From: Octopus vulgaris
Taxonomy: Eukaryota
Direction: 5' to 3'
DNA: 64,000 nucleotides
NCBI GenBank assembly: GCA_951406725.2
Contig: OX597837.1
Span: forward strand, 46,500,001-46,564,000
The notes under the pieces are model-generated. The model was given only the letters and a program-made list of their open reading frames with translations, had not been told where the DNA came from and made no database searches. The stretch's first letter is position 1; each line of letters starts with the position of its first letter. Positions 14,141 to 24,750 of the stretch are shown here, in pieces. The position numbers were made by a program, and so were the translations under genes.

Positions 14141-14665
14141 TTATGCATACCTTTCCTTCTTGGGACACAAAACCCTACATGTGAAGACCTGTTGAGGCAA
14201 GTGAAAATCAAAAAAATCAAAAAATGAAAAACTCAAAATCGATCAACATGAATGGAAATTGTCGCTGTGATATCAGTGCTGGTGGCACATAAGAGAACCA
14301 TCTGAACGTGGCCGTTGCCAGTGCCGCCCTGACTGGCTTCCGTGCCGGTGGCACGTAAATAGCACCATCCGATCGTGGCCTTTTGCCAGCCTCACCTGGC
14401 CTCCGTGCCGGTGGCACGTAAAAAGCACCATCCGACCGTGGCCGTTTGCCAGACTTGTCTGGCACCTGTGCAGGTGGCACGTAAAAAGCACCCACTACAC
14501 TCATGGAGTGGTTGGCGTTAGGAAGGGCATCCAGCCGTAGAAACATTGCCAGATCAGACTGGGCCTGGTGCAGCCTTCTGGCTTCCCAGACCCCAGTTGA
14601 ACCTTCCAACCCATGCCAGCATGGAAAACGGACGCTAAACGATGATGACAATGATGATGATGATT
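14141..14665 (+). mobile_element. Repeat family B (RTE-tail-sharing SINE or LINE 3' end) with internal ~60-bp units
   Basis: Four GTGCCGGTGGCACGTAAA-type units, then GGCGTTAGGAAGGGCATCCAGC core and (GAT)n tail. Confidence 0.8.
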
Positions 14666-15248
14666 ATTATAACAATGAAAAACTGGCAAGTAGGTCCCTC
14701 AATAATTGTAACCAGGGTTAACTTTCAAGCTCTGTTCTCTGTACCTGTGTATTTAAGAGGTACACAAGTTCATAAATGTTCTTTCCAATCATAGCCAAAA
14801 GCAAATATATCCAAAGACTTAATCTTCACCAAATCATAGAGCCTGTAATAAGCATTTCTAACATAGGCATAACACCACAACTTTAGGAAAAGGGTTTACT
14901 TGGGTAAATTGACTCCAGTATTTGGCTGGTACTTTATTTTATCACTCCAGAAGGATTATAATCAAATGTGATCCTGACGGGATCACAATACAAAACACAA
15001 ACAGCTGAAACAAATAACACATGGAACTTTGATGCTCTTACAATTCTGCAGCCAATCCACTGCCTGCAATAATAATAATAATTTCTATCAGAAACACAAA
15101 ACCAGAAATGTTGAAGAAAGGAACAGCTGATTATATAAACACCAGCAGGATTTGAACTCAGAACATAAAGGACAGCAAATAAATACTGCAGGTTATTTTG
15201 AGCAATGCATGAATCACTTTGTCAGTTCAATACAAGAACCTCCTTATG

Positions 15249-15495
15249 TTCCTTCTTGACCCATGCCAGGCTCGTAAGGGCCGGTTTCCTGGTTTCAGTG
15301 GCGTAGAAATTCCCCACCTGGACGGGACGCCGGTCCGTACAGGATTACTCATTTTTGCCAGCTGAGCAGACTGGAGCAATGTGAAATGAAGTGTTTTGCT
15401 CAAGAACACAACGCATCGCCAGGTCCAGGAATCGAAACCACAACCTTGCAATTATGAGTGCAACACCCTAACCACTAAGCCACACGCCTCCACAC
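15249..15495 (-). mobile_element. tRNA-derived SINE with 12-bp TSD
   Basis: A box TGGCTTAGTGG, B box GGTTTCGATTCC; TSD AACCTCCTTATG at 15237-15248 and 15496-15507. Confidence 0.85.
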
Positions 15496-15930
15496 AACCT
15501 CCTTATGGCTTAAACAGGGTGATGCGAACAGATGTCTATGTGCATGTATAGCACATACAGCTTGTACAGACATTCTTTTCATCAGCCGTCAACTAGAGAT
15601 CACAATTTCAGCACCTTTTAATAATGTTGTTCTTTTATGTGGGGGCCAAACAGTATTGTGCTACTAGGGAATGCCTGTGTTGTTCTTGCCCTCCACTGTA
15701 GCACCCTTACTCCCACATCTTAACAGATATACTTGTGCTTCAGAATATGCATCTCAGTCCATATTTATCAATAGAAGTGCTCAATAAGAAATTCAACTAG
15801 AGCCCTAACAATACTGTCTATGTACTATAGCTGTCTAAGAATCCATAAGTCAGAAAAAATATGCACTTGTATGTTTGTCAATAGAGTGGATATATTAATT
15901 GAAGTATACTGTATTATATATCCATTATGG

Positions 15931-16016
15931 CCGATCTTACCAATTGGTTTCACACTAAGGATTCAAATGTGTTAGATAACAGACAGATTATGTAACACTG
16001 CACTCTTCAGAGACGG
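15931..16016 (-). ncRNA. Type I hammerhead ribozyme motif (PLE-type)
   Basis: CCGTCT-CTGAAGA-GTGC...GTGT-GAAA-CCAATTGG-TA-AGATCGG: stem I 6 bp with one bulge, wobble-rich stem II, palindromic stem III ACCAATTGGT, GUA triplet. Confidence 0.75.
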
Positions 16017-16071
16017 TAGTTATGGAATGAAATATGGCAACTGCTCTCTATTGTTGGAGGTTTTCCAACAT

Positions 16072-16126
<55 letters not shown>

Positions 16127-16618
16127 TACACAGTATCACATTGGGTCAACATAAATACAGAGAATAACAGGAAAAAAATAGAACAAATCCAGTATGTGTT
16201 TGGAAATAAACTTCTGAAGCTGCTTAAAACACCCATTGATCAAATGTGTAAGACATGAATTTTAAAAAAATTGAACCTAACTCAGGAGCAGTATAAATGG
16301 ATAGTAAATATACACAGAATTCATAGTTAATATCTTAATTCCTTTAAAACTGCTCTTTCTCACACCACTCTGCTATTCATCTTTATGGGATTAGTTCAAG
16401 TGATTCTCCAGTAATATTTTGATGAAATCTTGCAGGAGAAATAATTCTTTCCTCTATACAGAGTGTATTTATGAGATAGCTGGGTAAGTAAAATAATGAA
16501 ACATACAGCCCCTGAGACACTTGTGTAATTCTACAGTGGAATTGTATACATATTGGTAAAAACGGTAAGATAACAAAAGAAAGAAAGAGACCTCAATATT
16601 ATGTAAATAGAGTAAATT

Positions 16619-16778
16619 TATCTGTAAAATAATATGTGACAATTATTCAGTAACCAAGATAAAACTCTGAGATGACCAGATAACCAAAGAGATGGTGTTG
16701 TGGATTTCCACCTTGGCATCCGAAACTCAGAGTTTTATCTTGGCTACCGAATAATTGTCACATATTATTTTACAGATA
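16619..16778. repeat. 53-bp inverted repeat (51/53), 54-bp spacer
   Basis: 16619-16671 versus 16726-16778. Confidence 0.95.
16676..16743 (+). ncRNA. Decayed hammerhead (core CCAAAGA instead of CTGAAGA)
   Basis: CCAGATAA-ccaaaga-GATG...CATC-C-GAAA-CTCAGAG-TT-TTATCTTGG: all three stems recognisable, core mutated. Confidence 0.5.
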
Positions 16779-16793
16779 TATATATATATATAT

Positions 16794-17096
16794 ATGTAAA
16801 CATTATTGAATACACATACACAATGCATGAGTTTTGCTAGTTCGCAAGTCAGCTGTGATTCGATGTGGTGGAGGTGACCCTCTCAAAGTGCTGATGTTAA
16901 AACACCTGAAAGAATGGCAAAACATCATGACTTGTGAATGGGACTTGGGGCAACTTGTCTCACCTGTCTATGAATATGACTTTCAGGTGTTCTAACAGCC
17001 AGCACTTTGAGAGGGTCACCTCCACTGTGTTGAATCGCAGCCGACTGGCAAACTAACAAAACACATCTATTGTGTATGTGTATTTAATGTTTACAT
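16794..17096. repeat. About 118-bp diverged inverted repeat, about 67-bp spacer
   Basis: GTGGAGGTGACCCTCTCAAAGTGCTG / CAGCACTTTGAGAGGGTCACCTCCAC core is exact. Confidence 0.9.
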
Positions 17097-17125
17097 CACT
17101 TGCACTGCTTCTAATTCATACGTTA

Positions 17126-17156
<31 letters not shown>

Positions 17157-18646
17157 GGCATACTCAAACACACAGACATGTGTATGTGTAAACATAGGTG
17201 AGTGTGTGTATAGATGTATATGTTTATATGAATGTCTATGTATGTGTAAGAAGATTCTTGAAAATAAAAAATGTAGGGGACGGAAGTCAAACATGCTTAG
17301 CTAATATTTGTTAGTAAACGTTAGTAAAGGTTTTCCATATTTAAGATTTAGGTGGAGGGTGGGGGATAAATCTAAAAGCCCTGCTCGTTACTTAGCAACT
17401 ATTGGGTGCAGGATTGATTTTTGTCACATATATTTCATCTATTTTCAAGTTAAGCTGATACAAACAAAATAAATAGCAGATGAAGTAAAATCCACATTGC
17501 TTCATGAAATTGTGAAGTAAGATGGAAGAAGGTGAATGAAGTGAAAAAAAAAATTACAAAAGAAAACTTTCCAACTGGAAAAATAAATGAAATATAAAAA
17601 AAAGAAACAAAATGAAAATGTTATCGATTTTTTTTTTTAAACAAACCTGAACAAAATATGTTGATTGCATCAAATGTATATATGATTAACATTCAGCATT
17701 AAAAATTTGGTCCCTATCATCATCATCATCATCGTTTAACGTCCGTTCTCCATGCTAGCATGGGTTGGACGGTTCGACCGGGGATCTGGGAAGCCAGATG
17801 GCTGCACCTGGCTCCAGTCTGATCTGGCAGTGTTTCTACAGCTGGATGCCCTTCCTAACGCCAACCACTCCGTGAGTGTAGTGGGTGCTTTTTACGTGCC
17901 ACCAGCACAGGGGCCAGGGGAGCTATACATGTATTTCATTGTCCTCATTCACTTGTTTGAAGTTCATTTTTCTGCACAGTATGGGTTGGACAGGGACTTG
18001 TTAAAAGCAAGATTCATTCTCTCTGTTTTTTTCTCCATGGATTACCAAGAAAAAATATTTGAGAAAAGTAAAAATGAATTTGGTGTGGAGAGGAAGAGAA
18101 TTAAAATATTGAGAATGTGTTTTGTGGGTGAAACAAACATAAAAAATCAGAAGAAATTTAGGAAAAAAATAGTGTGAGGGAGCAGAAATGTCACCTTGGA
18201 CATGCTAGAAAGAATAGGTAAAGTACAGGATTTCTTGGAAAAATTTCTTTTAAGTTTTATGTCAAAGATCAGGTTTTTAAATATGCTCATCATAAAACAC
18301 AAATTACACAATAGAAAAAGAGCATTTCAATTGGATTTGAGCTTTAGATTTGTGCATACACACTGCAAGAAATAGCATAATTCACACAGAAGTTTTACCT
18401 ACAGTGTGTGTGTGTGTGTGTGAAAGGAAGTTATTTTATGGCATTCTTTTGTTTGAAGAAACAAAGTTATCAACTCGACAAATGGGGGATCATATGATTG
18501 TTCATTAATTTCTGCAAAATTCTTTTAATTTATTTATTCTCTTTTAAGAGAGCAGAAATTGAAAGAGAGGATAAAGCGAAAAGGCGACAATTGCTTTGAA
18601 GTGAGAGGAGAAAATGAAAGATGTACATGCATATGAAATGGATGTA

Positions 18647-18680
<34 letters not shown>

Positions 18681-19285
18681 AGTGAGTGAAGGTGTGCATT
18701 GTGATGTATGAATTTTTTTGCATGTATATATGCATCACTCACTCACTCTCTCTCACACACACACCTTTCATATACACATACATAAATAGGCAGAGGTAAA
18801 GAATACATACACCACCCGTTTTCAGCATAACATAACCCTAAATACCAGGTGTGCTTATTCTTTACCTTCGGCCATAAATGCATATGTATACATACATCTT
18901 TTCTGTGTGTGAGAGAAAGAGAGAGTGATTGTATTTCCTCATAACATACAGAGAAATGGATGTCTTTTAATGCAATTTTTGGGGGGTTGTGGTTTATTTT
19001 AATACAATATTTATGTGTACAATTTCATAAATGTTTGTCTGAGTAGAATTCTACGTGTGCATGAAACATCAGACGAAAGTGAAACATTAGAGGCAAATTG
19101 AAATATTGTCAAAAAATGACCTCAAATTGTGCGACCCAGCCTAGTTGCCAAGGTTATTTTAGTAGTAAAAAAGAGTTGTTGAGTGAAAAACATAGTTTAT
19201 TTGGTAGATAGATAATAAGCAGCACCTTTGTTTTGTTATAACTCTCAAAGTTGTCAACAAACTGTCATCTAAATCAGCTGTTTTG

Positions 19286-19720
19286 TTCGTTAATCCCCCC
19301 CCCCCCGTAAAATTTTTTATTTACTTTTGTTTTAAAGTGAAAGAGAGGAGAAAGTGAAAAATGTATGAACATGTATATGAAGTGGACGAATGTGTGTGTG
19401 AGAGAGAGAGTGAGTGCCACTTACACATACACGTGAACACACACGATCACTCCCTCACTCTCTCTTTCTCTCTCACACACACACATGCACGTGCACATAC
19501 AAAAAAGATGTATGCATATGTAGTGATGTAGGTACGTATACATAACACACCCCTTTAGTCACTCTCTTTCCTCCTCTCTCTCACTTTTTCTCCCTTCCTC
19601 TCTCTCACACACACACACATGTCCATTTTATATACACGTACATACATCTTTCATTTTCTCCTCTCTTTCACTTTAAAACAAAAGTAAATAAATAAAAAAA
19701 TTTTACGGAAATTAACGAAC
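19286..19720. repeat. About 120-bp inverted repeat around microsatellite-rich spacer
   Basis: TTTATTTACTTTTGTTTTAAAGTGAAAGAGAGGAGAAA and its reverse complement; third direct partial copy at about 18590-18690. Confidence 0.85.
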
Positions 19721-22247
19721 GCACATGACAGCTCTGCAAGTCAAAACGAAAGATCACCTAAGCAACTTTAATATAATACAGATGTGACTAATTCAGAGAA
19801 ACATTACTTTCGTTATTCATACATCGTCAGTCTCGTAATCGAACACTGTAATTCTGGTTCAAATTAAAAGCATGAAACTATTTTCACTCTCTAATGAAAC
19901 CTGGTCATTGTAACTTTCGATATCAGCACATTTCACTGTCGGGTGGAAGGTAAAGTCACAAGCATATACTAAGATGCACACCTCAAGCCTGTCTCTGTTC
20001 CTCTGTGTGTCTGTCTGTATCTTTAGATGTGTGTGTTTGTGTGTGTGTCAGTTGTCACAAAAATGTACATATACTGATAAGCACAAACACCGTCACACAC
20101 ATATACTTGTCTAACATACATAACAAACACGTGAACGCACTCATATAGAAAATGTGACATCATCGTCGTTGTGGTGGTGGTAAAAGATGTCGTTTAGGAT
20201 AGGTGATTAAAAGTAAAATGATAATATTAAATTCTTGTAATGCAAATACATGAATGAAAACATAGTTTAGTTGGTAGCCAAAAGCTTACTGAATCTTTTG
20301 ATACCCCATACATCAAAATCGGCAACTCTGTTTTGGAATGCATAAGGAACATACACACACGCATGCACACATGCACACACACAAACTCTAAATTTTGAGT
20401 TAAAATTATGCTGTACCTATCCGTGAATAAGTACCAGTAAAACCATGTTGGATGTGTACTGTCTTGAATTCAAATCTCAAAAGAGCTTATTTTCATTCTT
20501 CTGACATCTTCAATGCCTCAAAGATATTGATGAATTATTTCAACATATTAATTCTAATGAAATAAAATATTTATCCTAAGCTGGAATCCTTCCAACAAAA
20601 AGAGATTAGAAAAATGCATATTTTAATTATTTTAATTCTGTGAAATTGATTTGAATGTCATGTGAAACAGAGAAATTAAAAGAATTAAGTTTTTCTTTTG
20701 AACAAATTTAATACATTATTTATTTAGCATTCCTTCTTTTCTAGTTAGATTCATTATTCTTATACATTGCACGTGTGTGTGTGTGTGTGTTGTGAAGGTA
20801 TCTGTCCTAGCAGTCAGTGTGTTGTGCTCATGAATGTAAGGTCGTGGGTTTGATACCTGAGCTGGTGATGTTCATTGTCCTTGAGCAAGGTGCTTCATTT
20901 CATGTCACTCCAGTTCAGTTTGTTGAACATAAGTACCACCACCACCAGCAGCAGCTGAGGTTAACTTATAGGGGAGTGGCATCCCATCTAGGAGGAATCT
21001 TCAAGGGTATCGAAATTTAACATTGACTGTCAGCAGAAAGAGTACTCAATGCCATAGTAGAGATTAATATCTTTATTTTGGGTGTGTCAGTCCCTTGCTA
21101 TTTTGGAGTTTTACCTGTGTCTTTCACAGAGTCATAAGGCAAGTTATAAGAACATGGAGTCTGACTCAACCAAATCATATTCTCTCTTCAAGACTTGAAG
21201 AGAGATTATAATTACTAAGCAGTGAAACAGATCTACCAGACATATCAAGCCTAAACTACTTTTTATTTAAAAAGGACAAATCTGATACTGCAGTTCTAGG
21301 TATATTATGCCTGAAAACAAGACAGGATGGTCACTGATGGAATGCTTTTGATCATGTCTAAGCAATCAGCTGATCTGGAGTTAAACAATTCAACACCCTT
21401 TAAGCCTCTATATGGTGGCTTGACCTGCAAGAAACAGCAGGCAAATCTTCATATCACACCCTACATATTGTATTTCTAGATACAAAGTATGAAAAGAAAA
21501 CGACTAGATGGCCATGGTTGGAATGCTCAATCATAAGTTTACACAATTGGCTCTGACCAGGATGGGTGCATAAAACCGTAACAACTAAAAATAAGCAAGA
21601 AGCTTGCTTCCCAACCACATGGTTCTAGGTTCAGTCCCACTATGTAGCATCTTGGGCAGGTGACTTCTACTATAGCTTCAAGCTGACCAAATACACATAA
21701 GATGAGATGGTCCTGGGTGGAATGCTTTTAGTCATAGGTATACTCAATCAACAGTTTTCCCAGGGTTAAACAACAGCAGCGTCTCTTTTATTGACATGAC
21801 GTATGAAGTGACAGAAGTGGCAAGGAATTAATCCGAATGCAGCTGATGTGAATGAATTGCTATTTAATTATGGACCAGCCGCAGGTGAACTGAATGGCAG
21901 CAACGTGTGTGTGGGTGGTCTACAGAAACAGTTGCAGTTGATCAGAATAGAGGATGAGGGTCTGAACAGGAAATTACTGACAATTACAGTCAAAAATTAT
22001 GTATGTATTTATGCAAATGTGCATGTGTGTGTATAGCGAAAGTAAAGAACAGATACACCCAGTGGTTAGGGTTAGGATTACATGCAGATTTTAGCATTAT
22101 TTATTGCATTTTGAATTATATGATCCCAAATATTGTTTTTAAAAATATGTCCATTTGAAACTGAAGTATATGTACTAAAGATACTAACTGACTATACATT
22201 CATAATGACTATACATTCATAATGACTATACATTCATAATGTCATAA

Positions 22248-22478
22248 GGTGGTGAGCTGGCAGAAACGTTAGCACGCCGGGTGAAACGCGTAGCCATATT
22301 TCGTCTGCCATTACGTTCTGAGTTCAAATTCCGCCAAGGTCGACTTTGCTTTTCATCCTTTCGGGGTCGATAAATTAAGTACCAGTTACGCAGTGGGGTC
22401 GATGTAATCAACTTAATGCGTTTGTCTGTCCTTGTTTGTCCCCTCTGTGTTTAGCCCCTTGTGGGTAGTAAAGAAATA
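22248..22478 (+). mobile_element. Young SINE (GGTGAGCTGGCAGAA...GAGTTCAAATTCC family)
   Basis: CpG-rich copy flanked by CATTCATAATGTC; decayed relatives at about 26640, 27000, 31500, 31700 and others. Confidence 0.8.
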
Positions 22479-24179
22479 TATTCATTCATAATGTCCTTTT
22501 ACAACACAGATTCCTACACAACACTTTCACAATATGGATGGTGTTGAAAGGCTTGCGTATTACAAAAAATTAAAAAGGGACAAAAGAGCAGCTCAAAACA
22601 AGGGAAATTATCAACAGAAGAAAGAAGGAATATTACAAAAGCAAGGATCAAGATACGCAGAGAAAAGGGATGGAGAAAAAGGATGCCATGAAAAGGAGGG
22701 GTAGACTAACAAGAGAAGACATTGGGAATGAAGCAAAGAATGCAAAGAAAAGGGAGCAAAATGCTTGATATCAAGCAAAGTGCAAGGACCAACAGGCTTC
22801 TTCTCATGACAAGATGATGATGATGAAGAGACAGAGGGTGGCTGGGCATAGAGCAAAGCAGAGGGGAGCAAAGTGTCACACCTAGGATATCAACTCATGT
22901 CAACATAAATCTCAAAATTCATGACTGTATCATCTGTGTTTAGATATGTGGAGATACAGGTCTGTGTAGTCAGGACTGACACAAGGCTTAGATATGTTTA
23001 TATGCAATCTTGAAAGTTGCAGACTTCCTGAGAGTACAACACATTTGCATTGGTTGACTCTGCATCTAGACAAAGAGTTACTGCTAAACATTACGCCACA
23101 CAAAATACGATTACATTAGATGTGAAAATATTCACAACATAACTAATCTTTTATAGACTTCCTACCCTAACTAAGCCATCCTTTCAGTAAAAACACCAGC
23201 TTAATCAACGAAATGGTATTAATAGCTCAACTCAACTGAAAGATTAAAAAACACAGATGAAGAAGAACCCGCCAGTGATAAACTAAGACAAACTTCCTGA
23301 TTGTTGAGAAAGAAATAGAAAACTGGAGCCAATAGGAAAATCCATAAATGATGACATCATTAACATGCAGCAATCCTATAATTCCTGTTTATTATAAAAT
23401 GGTAAGATGTGTGCGTGTGTGTGTATAAAATGTGTGTTTGTGTGGAGTCCATGTATGTATGTATGAGAATTGCTTCAACTTTCATAAATGAATAAATTTT
23501 TACTACACACTTTGGTTATTTTTCTCTTTTTAGTTACTCTACTCACACACCTGAGTGTTTGTGTGTGTTTGTGTGTGTGTTTGAGTGTGTGTGTAAGTGT
23601 GTGTGTGTGTGTGTGTGAAAAGAGAAATGAGGAAACCTAACAATGCAGAGATGAAAGTTGAAAAGCCGTTGTGTATTTTGGGCACAAAGGCCCATTTTCA
23701 GAGGTGTACAGTCAAAGGAATGTGCCAAAGTAGATCCTACTATTTGGATAGCTGGATGGGCAGCGGCCCTATTCTAGTTCAGTGATTGTGCTAGGAGAGG
23801 CAGCTCCCCAAATGATGTGTTGTTGGTGCTGTAGATGTCACACTGAGGGCAGTGGTAGAAGACAGGCTGTAGGTTGGTAGTAGTGGTGGTGGTGAAGGTG
23901 GTTGTCAATGCTGTGGTGGTAGTCAGTGATGGTGTTGTCTACAATGGAGTTGTTAGCAGTGGTGGGAAATGTCATGGTCGTAGTCAGTAAATAGCATTGG
24001 AGATTTGTGACCTTGTGGTAGTCATTGACAAGTTGGTGCTGGCAACACCAACAAACCTCATCAAACAACAGCAACGATAGTAGCTGAGAGCAAAAATGAT
24101 GCTTGTATCACAGTAATAGTGATGATGTTGCTAGTCATGGTCACAGTAATGTAGGGGGGGCTGTTGGTAAATTACAGGA

Positions 24180-24392
24180 GCCATTGGCCCAACTCCAACT
24201 GACTATTAATCTTCAGGTTAAGCCGGTAGATCAATAAGGATTCCTTGATATGAAGATTTCTTGTATTCCTCTCAATGGTCAGTATGGAAGCATCTCTCTT
24301 TGGTGGTGTTGCCACATTTGATTAAGCGCTTGTAGAAGACACATTGGTGGTCAGGTGTTCTTTCAGTTGGATCGTACTATCAATGTCATACT
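24180..24392 (-). mobile_element. Penelope-like GIY-YIG C-terminal remnant, inverted
   Basis: Minus strand IDSTIQLKEHLT...ERNTRNLHIKESLLIYRLNLKINSQLEL. Confidence 0.7.
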
Positions 24393-24394
24393 CC

Positions 24395-24750
24395 AGTTGG
24401 AGAATCCAGCACTCAGTATTTGCTGCTCGCGTACCTGCTTCAACAGGTGTCTGGACAACATCTTCATGCTCACTATATCACATGAGAATGCCTCTACAAT
24501 ACTGAAAAGCTTCAATGACATGGACCAGTACATCAATTTCACCATCAAATACCTGAATGACGATGGTTCCCTCACCTTACTTGACTTTCATTTAAGCATC
24601 ACAGACAGAGGAAGGTAGCCTGCTGAGACTTCATCAATTACAAGTCAGCTGTCCCCATCAGTGCTAAGACAGGCTACATACATAAAGAGAATGCCTGTAT
24701 ACACAACAGATGCACTGATGATGCCAACCGGGACACACAGACTGCACTTT
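24395..24750 (+). mobile_element. Penelope-like element RT remnant
   Basis: FNRCLDNIFMLT...FNDMDQYINFTIKYLNDDGSLTLLDF (decayed RYVDD, IxFT and LxFLD motifs). Confidence 0.75.

Noticed and set aside
14270-14495. CRISPR-like repeat/spacer pattern of palindromic GTGCCGGTGGCAC units
   Set aside because: Spacers are related to each other, the block recurs inside a dispersed retroposon, the context is eukaryotic and there are no cas genes.
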